A DNA stretch of 64,000 bases, taken from positions 12,842-76,841 of IMG/VR virus record IMGVR_UViG_3300031813_000013; one strand, given 5' to 3'. The translations under genes were made by a program, and so were the position numbers. Origin of the DNA: a virus. Taxonomy: Duplodnaviria; Caudoviricetes. Under the pieces are notes generated by a model. It was not told the origin of the DNA. It was given only the letters and a program-made list of their open reading frames with translations, and did no database searches. Shown in pieces: positions 9,200-19,700 of this stretch; the stretch's first letter is position 1; the number at the start of each line of letters is the position of its first letter.

Positions 9200-12100
9200 T
9201 TATTGCCTAATGATTGTGTTTGATGATGATATTAAAGATTTTCCGTACTGTGATGCAGACATTAGTACTGGTGTTTGTGTAAAAGTTGTTGTGGTGCCAT
9301 TACCAAATTGACCAGATTGATTTATTCCCCATCCATACGAGTTAAAAGGATTTGCATTTGCGGACCTTGTTGCATTAGTCATTGCAATTGTCGTATAGAT
9401 ACCGGTAGCAATGTCTTGCACCAAAGGATAATTTGAACCAGCATATATAGCCACAGGTGAAGATTGACTCGTAGCAGTGCCTGTTCCTAGACCCCACCCC
9501 GGTCCATAACCCCATGCATAAGCTTTTTGTCCTATTAAACCTGATAACTGATCTTCTCCCGAAGAAATACTAGACCAGCTGGATGTGCCTATTTGTACAG
9601 GTGATGAATAGTTAAGTGTGTTACCCTGACCCAGGTTGCCGTAAAGGTTATAGCCCCATGCAAATAATCTTCCATTGATATCTAATGCACCATTTTCATA
9701 CCAACCGACTGAAACTTGTGACCAACTGGATGTTCCTATCTTTACTGGCGAAGAACTGTTTATCGTTAATCCATTACCTAATTGGCCAAATGAATTGCCG
9801 CCCCATGTCCATAGATATCCTGTAGAATCTATTGCGGCCATGTGTGTATAACCAACAGAAACTTTAGACCAACTAGAATTTCCTATTTTAACTGGTATAG
9901 AACGGTTTGTTGTGGTGCCATCACCTAGTTGGCCTTGGCCATTGTAACCCCAAGTCCATAAAGCTCCAGTATAATCTATTGCAGAAGTTGATTCAATGCT
10001 GCCATTTCCAACACTAACAGTTTTCCATGATGAATAATTGTAGTTGGTATAACCTGCTCCCGTTCCAAAGAAAACTGGTGAAGAAACGTTAGTTAATGTT
10101 AGGTTACCTAATTGGCCTGAGGTATTAAGACCCCATTCTGCTAATTGACCAGTTGCATAAAGTAAATAATTGGTGTACCAACCAAGGGTAAAGCTTGAAG
10201 GTGTTCCACTTGTAATTAAAACAGGTGAAGAATAATTTGTTGTGGTTCCTGTTCCCAATTGACCATATACATTAGCGCCCCAAGTATATACAGCCGTTGT
10301 TGTTGCGGCCGCACACTCATTGTGGAAACCTACAGATACTGATTTCCAGGATTTTGAACTATCAACCAACACTGGTGATGATGCACTAATTGTTGTTCCA
10401 TTACCGAGACCCAAATTGCCAGTACCCCATGCATATAAACTTCCATTCGTTGTTATTCCTAAAGAAGTGTATCCAATTGCTACTGCTGTCCAAGAACTTG
10501 TTCCTATTAAATATACTGCTGAAGTGCCTGCTGTTGTACCCGCAGATACTGTTGTACCATTACCTAATTGTCCTACGCTGTTGTAACCCCATTCCAATAA
10601 TGTTCCTGTAGTCTGTTGTGCATATAAACTGCTTGAACCAATTGTAACTTTTGCAAAACTTAAACCGGTCGCTATTTGAACTGGCGAAGACCTATTTATT
10701 GTGGTACCGCTTCCTAATACACCAGCTGTATTATTTTGTCCCCATGTATATAAAAGACCATTTGTCAATATTCCTGCCGATATATACGAATTTAAAGCCA
10801 CGGAAGTCCAAGAGCTTGTTCCAATTTGTACTGGTGATGATGTGTTAATTGTTGTACCGTTACCAAATACTCCAAGCCCATTATATCCCGCAGCAAAAAG
10901 CAAACCATCTTTACGTATGTAAAAGCTAGTTGATGCTCCCATTGTCACGGCTGTCCAAGATGATGAGCCAATCAATACGGGCGAAGAAACGGCTAACGAG
11001 GTACTGCCATTACCTAAACCACCAACGTTATTGATTCCCCATGTAAATAATCTTCCATTGATATCAATAGCGCCAGATGTTACTTGACCGGCAGAAATAA
11101 CACTCCAGCTTGAAGTTCCTACTTTTACGGGAGAAGAATAATTAAGATATGTTCCTGTTCCTAATTGTCCATTAGGGCCAGTCCCCCAAGAATATAATGC
11201 TCCGGTTGTTGTGAGTGCAAGAATGTGATTATCACCACAAGCCAATTTGGCCCATGAAATTCCAGAACTGGGTAAAATTTGTACAGGTGAAGAAGAATTG
11301 ATTGTTGTTCCATTACCTAATTGACCAACATTATTCGCTCCCCATGCCCATAAATTTCCTGCACTATCTAATCCAACACCGTGACTAGCACCAACACCTA
11401 CTTGTACCCACGAGGTGCCTATACCAATTTGTACAGGAGTTGATTTGTTAACTGTAGTTCCGTCACCTAATTGTCCAAATGAATTGCCGCCCCATCCCCA
11501 TAAAGTTCCATTAATACCTATTGCCATTGCATGTGAATTTAGGTTACTTGTGACTGAACCTAATGCTGTCCAAGAACTATATGTGACTGAACCGAATGTA
11601 ACTCTGGTTGGAGAACTAACCCCTACTGTTGTGCCTATACCCAAATATCCATTACCATTGCTGCCCCAAGTCCATAAAGCTCCTGTGGTATCTATTGCCG
11701 CTGTGTTGGATTGCCCAGCAGAAATTTCAGTCCAGTTCGAAGCAGCGCCGACCTGTGATGGTGAAGAAAATGCTGTTACAGTTGTGCCAAGTCCTAATTG
11801 TCCAAGGCTGTTAGCGCCGGATGCCAATAAAATTCCACTTGTTGCAGATGCTGAAGAACCTAATAAAGCAACCATGTGACCATCGCCAGCAGAAACGGCT
11901 ATCCAACTTGAGAGTGTGCCGACCTGTACTGGTGATGATAAATTTACTGTTGCGCCTGTACCATTTGCATATGCGATACTACTACCCCAACCAAATAACC
12001 TTCCGACAGCATCAATTGCTACTGTAAAATTAAAACCGCCTGAAACCGCAGACCAACTAGAATTTCCTATTTTAACCGGAATAGAACGGTTTGTTGCAGT

Positions 12101-13675
12101 ACCATCACCCAACTGACCGGACGTATTAAGGCCCCAAGCCCATAGTGATCCATCGGGTGCTATTCCAAATCCAGATTCTGTGGCCGTTCCCGTTCCAATT
12201 GCTTTCCATGAATTGACCTGAGTTTGTATTGATACTTGTACCGGTGAAGAACGATTAGTTGCGGCTGTATCGCCTAAACCTAAATTCTGCTGTGGGTTGA
12301 AACCCCATGCAAATAATCTTCCATTGATATCAATAGCAGCAGTATAACCATATCCAGATTGTACCAGAGTCCAACTAGATGTACCAATTTGTACCGGACT
12401 TGATTTGTTGACTGTGGTGCCATCACCTAATTGACCATATTGATTATACCCCCAAGTCCATAAAGCACCGGTTGTATCGATTGCAGAACTTGAAGACCAA
12501 CCGGATGAAACCATCGACCAGCTTCTACCTAATCCAATTTGAGCAGGTGAAGAACGTAGTGTTACGGTACCATCACCTAATTGTCCTTGTGCATTTGTAC
12601 CCCAAGCATACATATTGCCAAGAGTGTCAATTCCTAAACCATGGTCGGCGGTGGAAGACATTGCTACTTGTTTAAAATTTATTAAGGCCCAATAATTAGG
12701 TAATGCCACCGCCACTGGCGAAGAAGAATTGAGTGTTGTTCCGTTACCAAGTTGGCCAAGTGCGTTGTATCCCCATGTATATACATATGTGTCCGACATT
12801 GCAATAGCATTAGCTCCACCCGCTTGTACTTTAGATACAGGAGGAATGCCAACAACCTGACCCAAGGGACCAGAAGTAGTGGAAATATTCTGGCCAAGTT
12901 CACCAAAAAAATTTGCACCAGCACTGTATATTGCTCCATTGGCATATGAAAAATATGCAGTAGAAAGTGGTGTTGCTGTGATGCCTGTTATAGACGTATT
13001 TGGTGATGGAAAAGGCTGATTCGCATACATCGGTGCTGTAATAATCGGCGATGCGGTTTTGTTTATACCTGAAATACCATAAGCCTGATTGTTATAACCC
13101 CAATAATATATTGCACCTGTAGTCGCACCTCTTGCAAATGCAAAATTTCCGTACGGTATGTTTGATATTAAATTGAAAGATGTATCGCCTGTTCCAGATA
13201 TTTGCACGGGTGAAGAAACGTCAATAGTTGTACCATTACCCACTGCACCGTTTACATTGCTACCCCATGCCCACAATAAGCCATTTGTTGTTATTCCATA
13301 AGTTGTGTTCTGTCCAGTACCAATTGCTGACCAACTATTACCAGGTATTTGTGTTGCATTACTTCTATTGAGGGTATCGCCGGTGCCTAGTTGTCCGTTA
13401 GTATTAATACCCCATGTATACAAATTACCTAAGGTATCCAATGCGGCAAAGTGATTATAACCACTAACGATTTGTTTAAACGATTGATTGGTTCCTAAAA
13501 AGTTGCTAATTGCAACTGCAAAGGATACGTTATTGGTGTTGCCAGTTCCTAGTTCACCAAACGTGTTATCACCTGACACATACAATGATGTGTTTTGCGA
13601 AGCTTGTATGTAGCTTGCTAAATTTGCTGATGGTGCATTAAAAAATAGCGGTGCTTGAAATTGTGATGTTGCCAT
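9200..13675 (-). CDS. Giant RCC1/BLIP-II-like beta-propeller repeat protein (1491 aa)
   Basis: Tandem ~50-aa repeats of the form (L/A)W(A/T)WGxNxxGQLGxGTTxNxSSPVQIGxSSWxxVSxG along nearly the whole length. Confidence 0.9.
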   Translation of the reverse strand: MATSQFQAPLFFNAPSANLASYIQASQNTSLYVSGDNTFGELGTGNTNNVSFAVAISNFLGTNQSFKQIVSGYNHFAALDTLGNLYTWGINTNGQLGTGDTLNRSNATQIPGNSWSAIGTGQNTTYGITTNGLLWAWGSNVNGAVGNGTTIDVSSPVQISGTGDTSFNLISNIPYGNFAFARGATTGAIYYWGYNNQAYGISGINKTASPIITAPMYANQPFPSPNTSITGITATPLSTAYFSYANGAIYSAGANFFGELGQNISTTSGPLGQVVGIPPVSKVQAGGANAIAMSDTYVYTWGYNALGQLGNGTTLNSSSPVAVALPNYWALINFKQVAMSSTADHGLGIDTLGNMYAWGTNAQGQLGDGTVTLRSSPAQIGLGRSWSMVSSGWSSSSAIDTTGALWTWGYNQYGQLGDGTTVNKSSPVQIGTSSWTLVQSGYGYTAAIDINGRLFAWGFNPQQNLGLGDTAATNRSSPVQVSIQTQVNSWKAIGTGTATESGFGIAPDGSLWAWGLNTSGQLGDGTATNRSIPVKIGNSSWSAVSGGFNFTVAIDAVGRLFGWGSSIAYANGTGATVNLSSPVQVGTLSSWIAVSAGDGHMVALLGSSASATSGILLASGANSLGQLGLGTTVTAFSSPSQVGAASNWTEISAGQSNTAAIDTTGALWTWGSNGNGYLGIGTTVGVSSPTRVTFGSVTYSSWTALGSVTSNLNSHAMAIGINGTLWGWGGNSFGQLGDGTTVNKSTPVQIGIGTSWVQVGVGASHGVGLDSAGNLWAWGANNVGQLGNGTTINSSSPVQILPSSGISWAKLACGDNHILALTTTGALYSWGTGPNGQLGTGTYLNYSSPVKVGTSSWSVISAGQVTSGAIDINGRLFTWGINNVGGLGNGSTSLAVSSPVLIGSSSWTAVTMGASTSFYIRKDGLLFAAGYNGLGVFGNGTTINTSSPVQIGTSSWTSVALNSYISAGILTNGLLYTWGQNNTAGVLGSGTTINRSSPVQIATGLSFAKVTIGSSSLYAQQTTGTLLEWGYNSVGQLGNGTTVSAGTTAGTSAVYLIGTSSWTAVAIGYTSLGITTNGSLYAWGTGNLGLGNGTTISASSPVLVDSSKSWKSVSVGFHNECAAATTTAVYTWGANVYGQLGTGTTTNYSSPVLITSGTPSSFTLGWYTNYLLYATGQLAEWGLNTSGQLGNLTLTNVSSPVFFGTGAGYTNYNYSSWKTVSVGNGSIESTSAIDYTGALWTWGYNGQGQLGDGTTTNRSIPVKIGNSSWSKVSVGYTHMAAIDSTGYLWTWGGNSFGQLGNGLTINSSSPVKIGTSSWSQVSVGWYENGALDINGRLFAWGYNLYGNLGQGNTLNYSSPVQIGTSSWSSISSGEDQLSGLIGQKAYAWGYGPGWGLGTGTATSQSSPVAIYAGSNYPLVQDIATGIYTTIAMTNATRSANANPFNSYGWGINQSGQFGNGTTTTFTQTPVLMSASQYGKSLISSSNTIIRQ

Positions 13676-13704
13676 GATTTCTTATTATTATTTCAATTCA
13701 AACA

Positions 13705-13712
13705 TATTTATC
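13705..13712 (-). promoter_or_regulatory. Late promoter variant GATAAATA upstream of the RCC1/GT operon
   Basis: ATAAATA core overlapping the stop of the giant fibre gene. Confidence 0.6.
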
Positions 13713-16700
13713 ACATGTTCAGACCAGAAACAACGGCTTGATATGTGGTTCCTCCATCAATTGTCATTAAAGTAAACATATCTCGTTTGCCGTTTGTGAA
13801 TGTTAATGAAGGAGCAACACCACTTGGCCAGCGGAATGATGTTGGCCAAGCCACAGAATATGATGTGCCGTTATATGTAAATATCACTACAAATGAACCA
13901 ACAGAAGGAGAACTTGGTGCACCTGAAATGGTAATTGTAGAAATTGCAGAACTTACTGCAACGTTAAACACCGATGCTGCTGCCAAGTTTAGTGTTAAAG
14001 TACCTGCTGAAATTGCTGGTGCACTTGATGTTATTGTCGAACTACCACCACCAGTGGAGATTGGTTGTCCATTTGCAGCATAATACAATCCATTTGTATA
14101 TACGTTTGCGGCGTATACGTTACCAGAAATACCAACACCACCAGTAACAATCAATGCACCAGTTGTACATGAGGTTGATATTTGTGTGTTTGGTAATAAA
14201 TTAATTGCAGTACCGCTATGTGTTATAAGAGTACCGGTATTTGGTAAAGCATTGTTTGCTGTTGTAAATGCTGCATTGGCTTGTGTGAATGCACCATTAG
14301 CATACAAAGCAGCACTATTTGAAATTGGTAGTGGTGTATTTGCCTGTAAGAATGCTGCATTAGCGGCTGTGAAAGCCGCATTTGCTTGGATGAAAGCAGC
14401 ATTCGCAGTAGTTCTTGCATAGTTGTCAATAGAACCTGATGCTAAACTATTTGCATAAGCATAGGCGGCATTAGCTTGGATGAATGCACCATTTGCATAC
14501 AAAGAAGCACTATTAGCAACACCAAATGCACCGTTGGCATACAAACTGGCACCAGCAGCATTATTAGTGGCAGTATTAGCTTGTGTATAAGAGGAGTTGG
14601 CTTGTACGAAAGCACCATTAGCATACAAAGCACCAGAGTTTGCTGTACCAAAAGCACCATTGGCATATAAACTGGCACCAGCCGCATTATTAGTTGCTGT
14701 ATTGGCTTGAGTATAAGCACTATTAGCATACAAGGAAGCACCTGCCGCATTATTAGTTGCTGTATTAGCCTGATTATATGCACTGTTAGCCTGTACAAAA
14801 GCTGCATTGGCATATGAACCACCAACAACTAAAGTGTTTGCATATGCATAAGCGGCATTAGCTTGTACAAATGCACCATTTGCATATAAGGAAGCACCGG
14901 CAGCATTATTGGTAGCAGTATTGGCCTGTGTATAAGAAGCATTAGCCTCAACAAAAGCACCATTAGCATATAGAGATGCACCAGCAGCATTATTGGTTGC
15001 TGTGTTAGCTTGAATGAATGCACCATTGGCATAAATTGCACCACTATTAGCAACACCAAATGCACTATTAGCTTGTATGAAAGCGGCATTGTCTTGTGCA
15101 AACACCGCATTTGCTTGGATAAATGCCGCATTTGCAGTAGTATATGCAGCATTAGCTGTTGTTCTTGCATAGTTGTCAATAGAACCTGATGACAAACTAT
15201 TTGCATAAGCATAAGCAGCATTGGCTTGCACAAAAGCCGCATTAGCATACAATGAAGCACCTGCTGCATTATTAGTAGCAGTATTAGCTTGACCATATGC
15301 ACTGTTGGCTTCCAAGAAAGCACCGTTGGCATATGTTTGTGCACTGTTTGCTGTGCTATAAGATGCATTGGCTTCTAGGAAAGCACCATTGGCATATAAG
15401 GATGCACCAGCAGCATTGTTAGTTGCTGTGTTGGCTTGGCCATATGCCGCATTTGCTTGGATAAATGCCGCATTAGCATACACACCAGCAGAACTACCAG
15501 ACAATAAGGTGTTTGCATAAGCATATGCCGCATTAGCCTGAGCAAATGCACCGTTGGCATATAATGCACCAGAATTTGCCTGTGAATATGCTGCATTTGC
15601 TTGGTTCAATACTTCAATACCATTATCATAAATTCTATTGGCAGAAATTGAAGGTACTGTAATTTGATTTGTTGATACATTATAAACCAAATTAACATTC
15701 GCACTTAGTGCCAATGTACCTGATGTGCTTGGACTAAAGTTAATGTAATAAGAACCAGAACTTGGATTAGTTACAACTAAAGAATTAGCAATGTTGGAAA
15801 TATTTGCTACGTTTGCAGTGCTTACACCAGAAGAATTTAATGCAGAAATAATTCCGTTTGCATATGCATAAGCACTATTGGCTTGTAAGAACGCTGAGTT
15901 TGCATATTGTGCACCAGAGTTTGCTGTACCAAATGCGGAGTTGGCTTCTACAAAAGCACCATTTGCATACAATGAAGCACCAGCAGCATTATTGGTTGCT
16001 GTGTTGGCTTGGTTGTATGCACTGTTAGCCTGAGTAAATGCGGCCGAAGCATTGGTTCTTGCTGAAGTATCTGTTGCGCCGCCAGTAGATAAAGAATTGG
16101 CGTATGCATAAGCAGCATTAGCTTGAATGAAAGCGGCGTTAGCTTGTACTCTAGCAGAAGTGTCTGTTGCACCACCTGTTGTTAGTGAATTTGCATAGGC
16201 ATATGCAGCATTAGCCTGTATAAATGCCCCATTAGCATATGAGGATGCACCAGAAGCATTATTAGTAGCCGTATTGGCTTGGTCATATGCTGAATTGGCT
16301 TCTACAAAAGCACCGTTGGCATATAGAGATGCACTGTTGGCAACAGCAAAAGCTGCATTAGCATAAGCACCAGTTGCACCACCAGAGATTAGTGAATTTG
16401 CATAAGCATATGCTGCATTGGCCTGGTTGAATGCACCATTAGCGTATAGGCTGGCCCCAGCCGCATTATTGGTTGCTGTATTGGCTTGTACGTATGCAGC
16501 ATTAGCCTCTACGAATGCACCATTTGCATATAGTGCAGCACTATTAGCAACACCAAAAGCGGCATTAGCATATGAACCAGTTGCACCACCAGAGATTAAT
16601 GAATTTGCGTATGCGAAAGCTGCATTTGCTTGTGTGAACGCACCATTTGCATAGTTGCCGGCCGATGCTGATGATGTTGTCTGAGTTGTACCATCAACAA

Positions 16701-19700
16701 AAGTAATTCCATTACCTGTACCAGCAATCGTAATGTTACCAGCAAACAAACTTGCAGGTGCGGCCGATGAATAAGATATTACATTACCAGTTGGATTTGT
16801 GTTTAGGTTTTTAAACAGGTAGAAAGAACCAGCATTTGTTCCACCAGAACCTTCACGTACCAAACCGTGATATTGAACCGATGTTCCTGTGTTAGATGCA
16901 CCATAGAAACCAATATCAACAACATCACTTACTGTATTGTTTGCAGCAAGTTCAATCAATGAATCTACTGACTGTAATGTGGCTGTATTGACATAACTTG
17001 CAGTACCTAAAATGTTTAGGTTACCAGTTACATTTAATTGTCCGGAAACTGTTACAGAACCACCAACTGTACCACCAGAATTTACAAATGTTTGACCAAC
17101 GTTTGCAGCAGTGAAAGCACCGTTAGCATATACAGATGCACTATTCGCTTGAGCATATGCTGAATTGGCTTGTAAGAATGCCGCATTAGCATAAGCACCA
17201 GTTGCACCACCAGAGATTAATGAATTTGCATAATCAAAAGCAGCATTTGCTTTTACAAAGGCACTGTTAGCATATAGTGAAGCGCCGGCCGCATTATTGG
17301 TTGCCGTGTTGGCTTGTGTATAAGAAGCATTAGCTTGAGTGAAGGCACCGTTGGCATATGTTGCGGCACTATTAGCTTGACCATATGCTGCATTAGCTTC
17401 TAAGAAAGCACTATTGGCATATGAACCAGTTGCGCCACCAGAGATTAATGAATTTGCATAATCAAATGCTGCATTGGCTTGTAAGAAAGCACCATTGGCA
17501 TACTGGGATGCACCAGAAGCATTGTTGGTAGCAGTATTAGCCTGTGTATATGCTGAGTTTGCATATTGTGATGCACTAGCCGCAGTATTATTTGCAGTGT
17601 TTGCTTGTGTGTATGCTGCATTAGCCTCAATGAAAGCACCGTTGGCATACAATGAAGCGCCAGCCGCATTATTTGTAGCAGTATTGGCTTGGTTATATGC
17701 CGAATTGGCTTCTACAAAAGCACCATTTGCATACAGAGAACCAGAATTTGCTGTAGCGTAAGCCGCATTGGCTTCTAAAAAGGCACCATTAGCATAAACA
17801 CTAGCTGAAGTGCCTGACAACAAAGTGTTGGCGTATGCAAAGGCTGCATTAGCTTGACTAAATGCTCCATTTGCATATAGTGCTGCTGAATTTGCTTCAG
17901 CAAAGGAAGAATTAACTGAATTGGAAACATTAGCCAAGTTGTTGGCGGTAGTATTTGCCAAAATGTATACTGCATTTGCTTGAATGAATGCGCCATTAGC
18001 ATACAAACTAGCACCAGCAGCGTTTGTGGTTGCCGTATTTGCTTGTCCATATGCACTGTTGGCTTCCAAGAATGCACCATTTGCATATAAGGCAGCACTA
18101 TTAGCTACAGAATATGCACTGTTGGCTTCTACAAAAGCACCATTTGCATACAGAGATGCACCAGAAGCATTATTAGTAGCCGTATTGGCTTGGTCATAAG
18201 CTGCATTGGCCTCGGCGAAAGCACCATTAGCGTATATACCAGCACTAGCAGAATTATTAAATGCTAAGTTGGCTTGGCTATATGCACTGTTGGCCTCTAC
18301 GAATGCACCATTAGCATATAAAGCACCAGAGTTTGCTGTGCTGTAAGCTGCATTTGATTGTAAGAAAGCACCATTAGCATACAACGAACCAGAATTGGCT
18401 GTATTGTATGAACCATTAGCTTGAATGAAAGAACCATTAGCATATAGAGCAGAACTATTAGCCTCAGCAAATGATGCATTAACAGAGTTGGATACGTTTG
18501 CTAAGTTACTATAAGTCGTATTAGCTAAAATGTATACAGCATTTGCTTGTACAAAAGCACCATTAGCTTTTAAGAATGCTGAATTGGCGTAAGAAGAACC
18601 AGAGTTTGCTGTATCATATGCTGAGTTGGCTTCCACAAAGGCACCATTAGCATATGAAGACGCATCAGCGGCATTATTGATTGCCTGTATTGCTTGGTTA
18701 TATGCATCATCAGCACGGCTCTGTGCACTTGCTGCCGCACTTGATGCACTACTTGCAGAACTGAATGCACTGTTGGCTTCATAGAATGCCGCATTAGCCT
18801 GTGCAAAGGCACCATTAGCATACAGAGATGCTGCCGCCGCACCTGCGGCCGAATTAGCTGCCGCATAAGCTGCATTAGCGGCAATGAAAGCAGCATTAGC
18901 ATAACGTGATCCAGAATTTGCCGTATCATATGCACTATTAGCTTCTAGGAAAGCACCATTGGCATATAAGGATGCACCTGCGGCATTATTAGTTGCTGTG
19001 TTGGCTTGACTATAAGCCGCATTAGCTTCTCTAAACGCACCGTTAGCATAACTTGCAGCACTATTGGCTTCTGCAAATGCACTGTTAGCTTGAGTAAAAG
19101 CTGCAGTAGCTTGTGAGTAAATTACATTACTGTAACCAAAAGATGCAGCAGCAGTATTTTGTGTGGTACCATCAGCAAATGTAATTGGATTTTGTTTTAG
19201 TACAAGACCAATATTGTTTTTGAATCTTGCAACTTCATTTTCAATATTGACACCACCTGTTGTAAAGATGATATCGTTTTGTTGACCCGTGGAAACAATC
19301 ATGTTACCACCACCAGTATTTGTATTGCCGTATGCAATCAAATAACCATCATTAGGACCAATCATTGTGTAGCCAGGATATGCATATGTGCTACTTGCCA
19401 TACCCATGTCTAAGAATGTGTCGTTTGGTGTTCCGTTATCTGGTGTAATAAAGATATCAAAAGAAGCATTGTTGCCACTATTAATATTTTGCATATTCAA
19501 ACCAGAATAACCATTAAAGTTACTGGTGAATTGCGTTACTGTTTGTGGCTCAATCAAAAATCCTGAAGGAATACCAGCATACAGAGCATTGAAACCGTTG
19601 CTTGGATATCCAAAGAATTCACCGGTATTACCAGAGATAACTTGAGTTGTTATATTACCCGTGTATGTAATATTTCCTGTGACAGATAATGTACCATTGA

